This document shows positions 8,863 through 16,242 of a stretch of 25,249 nucleotides of DNA, piece after piece. The notes beneath the pieces are model-generated. The model was not told the origin of the DNA. It worked only from the letters and a program-made list of their open reading frames with translations, and searched no databases. How positions within the stretch are numbered: the first letter of the stretch is position 1; every line of letters begins with the position of its first letter. A program made the translations under genes and the position numbers. The DNA comes from an uncultured Clostridia bacterium (GTDB lineage: Bacteria; Bacillota; Clostridia; Oscillospirales; Acutalibacteraceae), in the NCBI GenBank assembly GCA_947624755.1, contig CANQLQ010000001.1, positions 1 through 25,249 of the forward strand, in the 5' to 3' direction.

Positions 8863-9971
8863 AATATCATTTTTCCTTTTACCATAACGTGCTTCAAATT
8901 CAGCTTATCATCAATAAAAATCAAATCAGCGTTTTTGCCTTTTTCAATGCTTGCACAAACGTCATACACACCTATAGCTTTTGCAGGATTTACCGTGCAG
9001 GCCTTGAGCGCACTTTTAAAGGGAATACCGAACGAAATAAGATTTTTAAATTCGTCAAAAAGATTCGTTGTACTTCCTGCAATTGTGCCGTCAGCAAGGT
9101 GAGCCCTGCCGTTTTTTACATAAACTTTTTGACCGCCGAGCATATACTCTCCGTCCTCGCAGTCGGTACTGCTAAGTGAATCACTTATTGCAACGCATCT
9201 GTCGTCGCCCAAAATTTTAAATGCAAGGCGGACCGCAGCCGGTGAAAGATGAAAACCGTCGCAAATAATTTCACAATTTACACTATCGTTTTCAAAAACA
9301 GCGCCCACAACACCCGGCGCACGGTGGGTGAACGGCGTCATGGCATTGAAAAGGTGGGTGACGTGAGAAAATCCGTTTTCAAAGGATTTTTTTGTTTCTT
9401 GATAGCTTGCGTTTGTGTGAGCGACAGAGCAAACGCAAATTTTTGAAATTTCATCAGCAAAGTCAAGCGCATTTTCGGTTTCGGGCGCAAGGTCAACAAG
9501 CGATATTTTTGAAATGCCGTTTAGCTTATAAAATTCGTCGGTATCGGCTTTCCTTATATAATCTTTATTTTGCGCACCGCATTTTTCCAAAGAAATATAC
9601 GGTCCTTCCATATTTATGCCGTGGATATATGCGCCGCATTCACTGCCTTTATAGTTTTCGATTGCCCCGAATATTTCTTTAAGTTCATCATAAGATAAAG
9701 TCATAGTCGTCGGACAGAATGAAGTAACACCGTGCTTTGCATAGTGACCGGACAGAATATCAAGCGAAGCCTTGCTTTTGTCGCAGGCATCCGCACCGCC
9801 TATACCGTGAGTGTGAATGTCAATGAAGCCGGGCAGAGCTGTAAGATCGTTCATATCGGTTGCTTCTGAATTAACATCCCCAAAACCTGTGATTTTTCCG
9901 TTTTCAATTGTGATTGAACTTCTTTCAGGTTCAAGATTTTTGTTGTAAAAAGTAAGATTTGAAAGTATCAT
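8859..9971 (-). CDS. nagA: N-acetylglucosamine-6-phosphate deacetylase
   Basis: PGFIDIHTHG, NMEGPY, HLFNAM, ICDGFH, SDS, GTIAGS motifs of the NagA amidohydrolase family. Confidence 0.93.
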   Translation of the reverse strand: MILSNLTFYNKNLEPERSSITIENGKITGFGDVNSEATDMNDLTALPGFIDIHTHGIGGADACDKSKASLDILSGHYAKHGVTSFCPTTMTLSYDELKEIFGAIENYKGSECGAYIHGINMEGPYISLEKCGAQNKDYIRKADTDEFYKLNGISKISLVDLAPETENALDFADEISKICVCSVAHTNASYQETKKSFENGFSHVTHLFNAMTPFTHRAPGVVGAVFENDSVNCEIICDGFHLSPAAVRLAFKILGDDRCVAISDSLSSTDCEDGEYMLGGQKVYVKNGRAHLADGTIAGSTTNLFDEFKNLISFGIPFKSALKACTVNPAKAIGVYDVCASIEKGKNADLIFIDDKLNLKHVMVKGKMIF

Positions 9972-10024
9972 AAAACATTATTTCCTTGTATTTAGAAAAA
10001 ATTACAAATTTTTTTAAAAAAAGC

Positions 10025-10053
10025 TTGACTTTTATTAAGTTATAGGATAATAT
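10025..10053 (+). promoter_or_regulatory. Sigma70-type promoter of the tRNA
   Basis: TTGACT (10025-10030), 17 bp spacer, TAATAT (10048-10053); about 18 nt upstream of the mature tRNA. Confidence 0.7.
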
Positions 10054-10071
10054 AATAAAGCTGTTTGAAAC

Positions 10072-10147
10072 GATTCATTAGCTCAGTCGGCAGAGCACTT
10101 GACTTTTAATCAAGGTGTCCGGGGTTCGAATCCCCGATGGATCACCA
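10072..10147 (+). tRNA. tRNA-Lys (anticodon UUU)
   Basis: 76 nt; acceptor GATTCAT/ATGGATC, D-arm GCTC/GAGC, anticodon arm CTTGA-CTTTTAA-TCAAG, GTTCGAATC T-loop, encoded CCA. Confidence 0.98.
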
Positions 10148-10155
10148 CGGCGTAG

Positions 10156-10195
10156 GCTCGAATCTCTTTATTTACGGGGGATTTGAGCTTTTTCC
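10156..10195 (+). terminator. Terminator-like hairpin after the tRNA
   Basis: GCTCGAATCTC / GGGGATTTGAGC stem (with G-U pairs) followed by TTTTT. Confidence 0.7.
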
Positions 10196-10259
10196 TTTGC
10201 CTTTTTTGATGTTTCGTTTTATTGCAATTATAGCATTTTCATCAACTGTTGACATAAAA

Positions 10260-10412
10260 TCATGCGATTTTCAGAAGTTCAACCGTATTACGCAGGCTTT
10301 CAATATCTGCATTAGTATATACATCATCTTTAACATTGCCTGAGGTGTGACCAAGCAAGCGTTTACGGTAAAAATCATCGGCGCCGTTTAATAAGCAAAA
10401 TGAGGGCTGAAA
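10260..10412 (-). pseudogene. Tyrosine integrase C-terminal fragment
   Basis: Minus-strand frame, not in the ORF track: ...LLNGADDFYRKRLLGHTSGNVKDDVYTNADIESLRNTVELLKIA*. Contains the LLGH...VY motif typical of tyrosine recombinases; no start codon; points toward the tRNA. Confidence 0.75.
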
Positions 10413-10509
10413 TTATTATAATCACAATTTGTTTAATTTTTTTGTTTCCCTTTTCTTTTGATTTTATATTTCAGCCGCCTTCGGGCGGATCTTTTTTATA
10501 ACATTATAT

Positions 10510-11133
10510 TTATCTTACCAAACTGAAGAACGCAACGGCCTTTCCGATGATATAAATATTTTCAGTTTCTTCATTTGTGTAAATCATATCATCATAGATG
10601 GGATTTGAAGCACGCAAAACAACTTTATTAGGGTATTTATATACCTTTTTTAAAGTAACCTCGTCCTTAATCAAGACTGCGGCTATTTCACCGTTTTCTA
10701 CATCGGGTTGTTTTCTGATATATACAATATCGCCGTCATATATTCTTGAATTAATCATGCTGTCACCTTTACAGCGAAGTGCAAAGTCAGCCGGAATAGC
10801 TGCATCTACTTTTAAATAGTCCTCAATGTTTTCTTCTGCAAGGATTGGTGTTCCGCAAGCAATTGTGCCGATAAGAGGAACAAGCTTTGTTTTTGGCAGT
10901 GGGATTATGTTTTTAATGTTTATATCTGTTGCAGGGTCTCGAACCGATGTTACCGATAAAACATAATCAACAGTAGTATTATAAAAATCCGCAATTTTAA
11001 TAAGGACTTCGCTATTAGGTTCTCTATCCCCTCTTTCATAGCTAACATAGGTTGTATATGGCAAATTTAACGCTTTTGCAACTTGTTTCATATTATAGCC
11101 TTTTTCAAGTCTTAGCTTCTTAATATTATCCAT
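10510..11133 (-). CDS. CI/LexA-like phage repressor (XRE HTH + S24 peptidase)
   Basis: N-terminal HTH (IKKLRLEKG...VSYERGDREP); cleavage region VPLIGTIACG; catalytic GDSM (Ser) and VTLKK (Lys). Confidence 0.9.
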   Translation of the reverse strand: MDNIKKLRLEKGYNMKQVAKALNLPYTTYVSYERGDREPNSEVLIKIADFYNTTVDYVLSVTSVRDPATDINIKNIIPLPKTKLVPLIGTIACGTPILAEENIEDYLKVDAAIPADFALRCKGDSMINSRIYDGDIVYIRKQPDVENGEIAAVLIKDEVTLKKVYKYPNKVVLRASNPIYDDMIYTNEETENIYIIGKAVAFFSLVR

Positions 11134-11159
11134 TTGTTAAGTCCCCTTTTATGAGAACA

Positions 11160-11188
11160 ATAATACACTAAATGAGTACTTATGTCAA
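11160..11188 (-). promoter_or_regulatory. Leftward promoter for the repressor, with operator in the spacer
   Basis: Minus strand TTGACA (11188-11183), 17 bp, TATTAT (11165-11160); operator-like TACAC-N5-GAGTA at 11164-11178. Confidence 0.75.
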
Positions 11189-11271
11189 CAATTTAATAAC
11201 AATAATACACTATTTGTAAACTTTGGACAAAAAATTGTTTCACAATTAGTGTATTTTTTGCTCTAAAAGGA

Positions 11272-11329
11272 TTGACTGCTACACATTTTGAGTATATAAT
11301 TTTCAAAAAAGTTACGCGGAACGAGTAAC
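11272..11329 (+). promoter_or_regulatory. Rightward (cro-side) promoter with two operators
   Basis: TTGACT (11272-11277), 17 bp, TATAAT (11295-11300); TACAC-N5-GAGTA at 11280-11294 and TACGC-N5-GAGTA at 11313-11327. Confidence 0.8.
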
Positions 11330-11346
11330 TAAAAGGAGGTACATCA

Positions 11347-11394
11347 ATGTTTTCAAATATTGACGCTGCCGTCGGGAAGTTTAACTTGTATTAA
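11347..11394 (+). pseudogene. Truncated cro-like gene start
   Basis: Strong RBS AAAAGGAGGT (11331-11340), then ATG 11347 MFSNIDAAVGKFNLY*. From about 11369 the sequence matches a MITE end. Cro identity is inferred from position and N-terminus. Confidence 0.5.
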
Positions 11395-11409
11395 TCAGTG
11401 CTTCCTTAA
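11369..11409 (-). repeat. Truncated MITE left end
   Basis: Reverse complement TTAA|GGAAGCACTGATTAATACAAG-N11-GACGG is in register with the 25176 copy (GGAATCACTGATTAATACAAG-N11-GACGG). Confidence 0.75.
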
Positions 11410-11640
11410 TAATTCATTTGTTAAATCGAATGCGGGTGTGAATAATAATGACAGCGTAGCGAGTGAAGATGCTACATAAAAATAATATAACATTGAAGTT
11501 GCGAACGAATTTGACGTACCTTAAAAATTTAAGATGAACATACTTTGTGATACTAATTTTTTACTAATTTGCATCATTTTAGCACATTTCACGCATCATT
11601 ATATACTGAAAATGCCTAAAAATATCGGAGTTTTCAGGTG

Positions 11641-11669
11641 TTGAAAGACGTACTAAGTTATGATACAAT
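11641..11669 (+). promoter_or_regulatory. Probable tmcAL promoter
   Basis: TTGAAA, 17 bp, TACAAT with TG at the extended -10 position. Confidence 0.6.
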
Positions 11670-11693
11670 AATAAAAACTTTGCAAAAAGGAAG

Positions 11694-12893
11694 ATGAACA
11701 AAGTGAAAATTGCGGGAATAGTCTGCGAATATAATCCGATGCATAACGGTCACATTTATCATATTGAAAAAACAAAAGAGGCGGGAGCAACTCATATTGT
11801 CTGTGTAATGAGCGGAAACTTTGTTCAGCGCGGTGAATGTGCATTTCTTGACAAATGGACAAGAGCGGATATTGCCCTTAATTGTGCGGCTGACCTTGTT
11901 GTTGACCTTCCGACCCCGTGGGCATGTGACAGCGCGCAAAATTTCGCTTTCGGTGCTGTCAGTATTCTTGACTCAATCGGAATTGATATGCTCTCTTTCG
12001 GCAGTGAAGTTGATGACGTAGAAAAACTCGGAAAATGCGCTTTGGCGGGCGATGATGAAAAAGTCGTTTCATCTTTAAAAAAAGGCCTGCAAAGCGGCAA
12101 AAGCTATCCTCTTTCACTTTATAATGCGGTGCTTGAAATTTACGGAAAAGAAACGGCCGAAGTTATTTCGTCACCTAACAGTACCCTTGCTCTCGAATAT
12201 ATAAAAGCGCTTGAAAAGCTTTCATCAAAAGCTGAGATTCTTCCGGTTAAAAGACTTATGTCGGAGCATGACAGTCTTTTATCAAATGACAGTTTTACAA
12301 GCGCCGCCGCAATAAGAAGCTTAAAAGATATTGAAGAAGCAAAGCGTTTTATGCCTGAATATGCGTTTGAAAAAATGATTGAACAAATAAAAAAAGGTTT
12401 TTCGCCTTGTACTTTTGAAAACGGCGAAAGGGCAGTGCTGTCAAAACTGAGAAGTCTTTCCAAAGCTGAAATGGCTTTATATGTAAACGATGAGCGCGGA
12501 CTTTCCGACCGTATATATGAAAGCGTAAAAACAGCAAATTCTTTAAATGAACTGTTTGAAAAAGTCAAAACCAAAAATGTAACTATGGCAAAGGTCAGGC
12601 GAAGCATTTTGCGTATTTATCTTGGAATTACTCCGGATATTTCACTAAAAAGACCGCCGTACATAAAAGTGCTTGCTTCAAATGAAAGAGGTTTTGAAAT
12701 TTTGAGAAAAATTCGCGGTGAAGTGCCCGTAATAACCAAACATTCCGATATATCAAAGCTTTCCGATTTTGGAAAAACCGTTTATGATATACAATGCAGA
12801 ACAACTGACCTTTTCGGAATTTTTTCAAAGAAAATCAGAACCTGCTGTCTTGAACAAACAAGTCCTGTTATTTTAGGTAAAATCTATCCTTAA
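11694..12893 (+). CDS. tmcAL: tRNA(Met) cytidine acetate ligase (YlbM/HIGH nucleotidyltransferase family)
   Basis: GIVCEYNPMHNGH (HIGH-like), VMSGNFVQRGE, AQNFAFGAV, PNSTLALEY, SAAAIR motifs. Confidence 0.85.
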   Translation: MNKVKIAGIVCEYNPMHNGHIYHIEKTKEAGATHIVCVMSGNFVQRGECAFLDKWTRADIALNCAADLVVDLPTPWACDSAQNFAFGAVSILDSIGIDMLSFGSEVDDVEKLGKCALAGDDEKVVSSLKKGLQSGKSYPLSLYNAVLEIYGKETAEVISSPNSTLALEYIKALEKLSSKAEILPVKRLMSEHDSLLSNDSFTSAAAIRSLKDIEEAKRFMPEYAFEKMIEQIKKGFSPCTFENGERAVLSKLRSLSKAEMALYVNDERGLSDRIYESVKTANSLNELFEKVKTKNVTMAKVRRSILRIYLGITPDISLKRPPYIKVLASNERGFEILRKIRGEVPVITKHSDISKLSDFGKTVYDIQCRTTDLFGIFSKKIRTCCLEQTSPVILGKIYP

Positions 12894-12913
12894 ATTAATC
12901 AGAGCTTCCTTAA
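12890..12913 (-). repeat. Solo MITE end flanked by TTAA on both sides
   Basis: TTAA|ATTAATCAGAGCTTCC|TTAA, starting at the tmcAL stop codon. Confidence 0.7.
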
Positions 12914-12960
12914 AAAGCAAAGGAAGTACCGACGAATCAATCGGCGCTTCCTTTAATTTA
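12912..12960. terminator. Probable bidirectional terminator between tmcAL and mtaB
   Basis: AAAGGAAG (12919-12926) / CTTCCTTT (12947-12954) with inner CCGA/TCGG; T-rich tails in both directions. Confidence 0.7.
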
Positions 12961-12963
12961 TAT

Positions 12964-14256
12964 TCATAACAGCTCGCCTAAGCAAAAATCATCATCGCCG
13001 ACGCCGATAATTTTAACGTCTCTTGTTTCTGCGCAAAGCTCTTGCAAAGATTTTACTTTAACCGGAGTGTAGTTTGCCGTGTGTCCGCAGATAAAGCCGG
13101 CAGAGGTCTTGCCTTCAAAAAGAACGCTTACTGTTTTGCCGATTTGAGAATTAAAAAACTGATTTCTGATTTTTTCTGTTTCACGAAGCATTATATGACA
13201 GCGTTCATCTTTAACTTTTTTGGGAAGATGACCGCTCATTTTTTCCGCCTTTGTTCCTGTTCTTACCGAATACGGAAAAACGTGAACCTTTTCAAAACCG
13301 ATTTCTTTTACGAATCTGAGACTTTCCTCAAAATCCTCTTCGCTTTCACCTGCAAAGCCGACCATAACGTCGGTAGTGAGAGTACAGTCCTTGAAGCTTG
13401 AACGAAGCTTGTCGCAAATAGCCTTGTATTCTTCTGCCGTGTAATGTCTGTTCATAGCTTTGAGCGTATTGTCACAGCCGCTTTGAAGAGAAATATGAAA
13501 CTGAGGGCAAAGCTTCGGAAGGTCTGCAAGCTTTTCTATAACTTCATTGGTCAGGCAGTCGGGTTCGAGAGAACCAAGCCGCACCCTTTTAATGCCCTTT
13601 GTATCGCAGGCAAGTTTTACGGCATCGGGAAATTGAGCGTCAATATCCCGGCCGTATGAAGAAAGGTTAATTCCGACAAGAACGACTTCGCTGTAACCGT
13701 TTTTTGCAACCTGTTCAAGCTCCTTTTTCAGGTCGTCAAGGGGTTTTGAGCGTACTCTTCCGCGAGAAGTGGGAATAATACAGTAGGAACAGAATCTGTT
13801 GCAGCCGTCTTGAATTTTGATATAAGCGCGCGTCCTTTCATCAAAAGAAGTAATCGGCGGACCCGAAAAGTCATCGCCTTTTTTGTGAAGAGAGATGTCA
13901 ACAACTCTTTTGCCGAATTTCGCATAAGTGTCAAGCATATCAAGAATTTTGACGTTGCTTTTATTTCCTGTCACAATATCGGCTTCTATAAGATTTTTTG
14001 CGCTGTCGGGATAAGCTTGCGGCATACAACCGGTAAGAACCACAATAGAATCGGGGTTGGCTCTTTTGAAATGTCTGACTGCCTGACGTGTTTTTTGGTC
14101 GGCTGAAGCGGTGACCGTACAGGAATTTACAATATATATATCGGCTTTTTCTTTGTTTTGGACAATTTCATAACCGTTTTTTCTCAACAGCTCGCTCAGA
14201 GCCTGGCTTTCATATTGATTTACCTTGCAGCCGAGAGTGTAAAAGGCAACTTTCAT
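12964..14256 (-). CDS. mtaB: tRNA t6A37 methylthiotransferase (radical SAM)
   Basis: YTLGCKVNQYE, NSCTVT, QDGCNRFCSYC (CxxxCxxC), LGSLEP, VHVFPYS and a C-terminal TRAM-like region. Start moved to ATG 14256 after GAGGTG. Confidence 0.9.
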   Translation of the reverse strand: MKVAFYTLGCKVNQYESQALSELLRKNGYEIVQNKEKADIYIVNSCTVTASADQKTRQAVRHFKRANPDSIVVLTGCMPQAYPDSAKNLIEADIVTGNKSNVKILDMLDTYAKFGKRVVDISLHKKGDDFSGPPITSFDERTRAYIKIQDGCNRFCSYCIIPTSRGRVRSKPLDDLKKELEQVAKNGYSEVVLVGINLSSYGRDIDAQFPDAVKLACDTKGIKRVRLGSLEPDCLTNEVIEKLADLPKLCPQFHISLQSGCDNTLKAMNRHYTAEEYKAICDKLRSSFKDCTLTTDVMVGFAGESEEDFEESLRFVKEIGFEKVHVFPYSVRTGTKAEKMSGHLPKKVKDERCHIMLRETEKIRNQFFNSQIGKTVSVLFEGKTSAGFICGHTANYTPVKVKSLQELCAETRDVKIIGVGDDDFCLGELL

Positions 14257-14314
14257 CATGCACCTCATTTTTTTAAAGAATCTCTTATTAAATCTAATGC
14301 TAAGGCGGGCATCG

Positions 14315-14584
14315 GCGGACATCGTCCGCAGGAATTACGCGGCAGGCATCGCCTGCATGAATTACGTGTGTTGGATTGATGTAAGCCTTTACCACTTGCC
14401 CCACGGCACAGCTTGGTGCTGAACCTATTTTCGTAATTTTTTAATTAGGCAATTTTGCCTCCCTTGAAAGGGGAGGTGTCACACGCAGTGTGACGGAGGG
14501 GTGGCAGGCATCGCCTGCACGAGTTACGCGGGCACGCATGGCGTGCGGCAATTACGCGGCGGACATCGTCCGCACGAGTTACGC
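14315..14584. repeat. Array of ~27-bp hairpin units (2 + 3 copies)
   Basis: Units at 14315, 14342, 14504, 14532 and 14559: a 6-bp stem with AT(C/G) loop, then N5-ish and TTACG(C/T). Confidence 0.85.
14457..14501. repeat. REP-like double hairpin
   Basis: CCTCCCTT-GAA-AGGGGAGG followed by GTCACAC-GCA-GTGTGAC-GGAGGGG. Confidence 0.65.
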
Positions 14585-14857
14585 GGGATAGAAATATATA
14601 AAATTATAATTTTACATCGCGAAAACACTTTGTCTCTAATTTGGAAGTATATTTTTATGTTCCAAAAATATAAGTCAATACTTTGTGTATTGCCGAGTAT
14701 TTTGGCAAAGTATTTCGGAAAATTTGCAAGTAAGGCTGCTTTTATTAATCAGTGATTCCTTAATAGTAGGGTTTAATTATAGAACAAAAAAGTTCTTTGT
14801 TCAATATATTGTCTTAATTTTGTTTTTCCTGCATAAATATTTTTTGAGGTGATTGCT

Positions 14858-16018
14858 TTGAAAAAGAGCATAGTTTTTATTATCAGTTTAGTTATGATTT
14901 TCGTTTATCTTCCCTTTGGCGCTTTATCGGCAAATGAAGATGCCGCAATCAAGGTTGACGCAAAGGCATGTGTTCTTATGGATGTCTCAAGCGGAGAAGT
15001 GCTGTTTTCAAAAAATGAACACGAAAAACTGTTTCCTGCGTCAGTTACAAAAATTATGCCGATACTGCTTGTAATGGAGGCTCTTGACAGCGGAAAAATT
15101 ACACTTGAAGACAAAGTCACAACAAGTCCCGCTGCAGCTTCAAAAGGCGGCTCTCAGATTTGGCTTAAAGAGGGGGAACAAATGACGGTCGATGAACTGC
15201 TTAGAGCTGCCGTTATCGCAAGCGCAAACGATGCCTGCACCGCACTTGGAGAATTTATTGCCGGAAGTGAAGAAGGCATCGTAAAAATGATGAACGACAA
15301 AGCTAAGCAGCTTGGTATGAACGACACAAATTTTGTCAACTGTACCGGTCTTGATGACGACACGGATGATCATCTTACAAGCGCTTATGATATTGCCCTT
15401 ATGTCAAAAGAGCTTCTCGGTCACGAAAGAATAACCAACTATTCAACCGTATGGATGGATAGTCTTCGCGGCGGTCAAACCGAACTCGTCAACACTAACA
15501 AGCTTGTGCGCTTTTATAAAGGCACAACAGGACTTAAAACCGGAACTACATCAAAAGCCGGCCATTGTGTTTCGGCAAGCGCAATGCGTAACGATCTTCA
15601 CCTTGTTGCCGTTGTCCTCGGAAGCTCAAGCGGAACAAACCGTTTTGAATCCGCAAAGGCAATGCTTAACTGGGGATTTGCGAATTATGAATCTGTAACT
15701 CCGTCGCTTGATATGAATCTTATTACGGACGTAAATATAATAAAAGGCATATCGGATAAAATTACGCCGCAGATTGAAAAAATAAATCCTATCACCCTTA
15801 AAAGCGGCACAAAGGGAAAAATTGAAACGTCAGTAGAGCTTTCAACAGACGTCGAGGCGCCTGTCGAAAAGGGTCAGACACTCGGAAAAGTTGTTTTCAC
15901 AGTAGACGGTGAAACTATCGGGGAGTACAAAATTTATGCACCCGAAGAAGTGAGAAGGTTAAAAATTTCAGACGTATTTAAAAGAATGCTTTCCTCGCTT
16001 ACGCTTAAATGCAGTTGA
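14858..16018 (+). CDS. dacF: D-alanyl-D-alanine carboxypeptidase (peptidase S11, DacF-like)
   Basis: Signal peptide; PASVTK (SxxK), SAN (SxN), KTG motifs; GGSQIWL. TTG 14858 lies 6 nt after GAGGTG. Confidence 0.8.
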   Translation: MKKSIVFIISLVMIFVYLPFGALSANEDAAIKVDAKACVLMDVSSGEVLFSKNEHEKLFPASVTKIMPILLVMEALDSGKITLEDKVTTSPAAASKGGSQIWLKEGEQMTVDELLRAAVIASANDACTALGEFIAGSEEGIVKMMNDKAKQLGMNDTNFVNCTGLDDDTDDHLTSAYDIALMSKELLGHERITNYSTVWMDSLRGGQTELVNTNKLVRFYKGTTGLKTGTTSKAGHCVSASAMRNDLHLVAVVLGSSSGTNRFESAKAMLNWGFANYESVTPSLDMNLITDVNIIKGISDKITPQIEKINPITLKSGTKGKIETSVELSTDVEAPVEKGQTLGKVVFTVDGETIGEYKIYAPEEVRRLKISDVFKRMLSSLTLKCS

Positions 16019-16045
16019 AAATACAGTAATTTTTTGCAAATTTGA

Positions 16046-16074
16046 TTGACAAAAATGTTTAATTGTATTAAAAT
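16046..16074 (+). promoter_or_regulatory. Near-consensus sigma70 promoter about 345 nt upstream of pgi
   Basis: TTGACA (16046-16051), 17 bp, TAAAAT (16069-16074). Confidence 0.7.
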
Positions 16075-16097
16075 CACTAATAATATGTCTGTTACCG

Positions 16098-16242
16098 ATC
16101 ATCAATTAAAATCGGGTATTCGCAGGTATTTTTCATTTCATGCTTCGTCAGCCGGCTTGTAAATACGAAAGTATTCCCTGCACCGCCTTTCTTGCCCGAC
16201 AAGAAAAATCCTCACCGCACGGCTTCTGCTTTTAATTGATGA
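16098..16242. ncRNA. Candidate structured RNA (family unassigned; 6S-like or pgi leader)
   Basis: Perfect 13-bp closing repeat ATCATCAATTAAA/TTTAATTGATGAT around a GC-enriched core with several stems, inside an AT-rich intergenic region. Confidence 0.45.

Larger units (their letters stand above)
10148..11640. mobile_element. Decayed prophage/integrative element remnant at tRNA-Lys
   Basis: Order tRNA, integrase C-terminal stub (-), CI-like repressor (-), divergent promoters/operators, truncated cro-like start (+). The right boundary is approximate; no duplicated att core was found. Confidence 0.75.
14304..14759 (-). mobile_element. MITE copy B (long, contains hairpin array; left boundary uncertain)
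   Basis: The reverse complement from 14759 is colinear with copy A (CTCGGCAATACACAAAGTATT, ACTTATATTTTTGGAA, TTCCAAATTAG, TGTAAAATTATAATTTTATATA); TTAA flank at 14760-14763. The second terminal repeat was not recognised. Confidence 0.7.

Noticed and set aside
8859-9971. nagA as an ammonia source for the Cys-less PurF
   Set aside because: NagA releases acetate; the deaminating step is NagB, which is not in the window.
9991-10018. AT-only palindrome between nagA and the tRNA as an operator
   Set aside because: Low complexity, and it does not resemble the NagR/DasR dre consensus.
10024-10039. CTTGACTTTTA upstream of the tRNA matches its anticodon arm (possible att duplication)
   Set aside because: Only 11 bp, AT-rich, coincides with the -35 box, and lies on the wrong side to be the distal att.
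10137-10343. 68-aa plus-strand ORF after the tRNA
   Set aside because: It starts inside the tRNA, crosses its terminator and is antisense to the integrase remnant.
14315-14584. CRISPR array interpretation of the hairpin units
   Set aside because: Units are contiguous with no unique 25-40 bp spacers, and there are no cas genes in the window.
14158-14755. ORFs 14158-14379 and 14501-14755 with repeated 'HRPHELRG' peptides
   Set aside because: They are translations of the 27-bp DNA repeats and MITE; there is no RBS, and the covariation preserves base pairing rather than protein sequence.
14790-14845. Sporulation sigma-factor promoter for dacF
   Set aside because: Only partial CATA/GCATA matches, without correct spacing for sigmaE, sigmaF or sigmaG.
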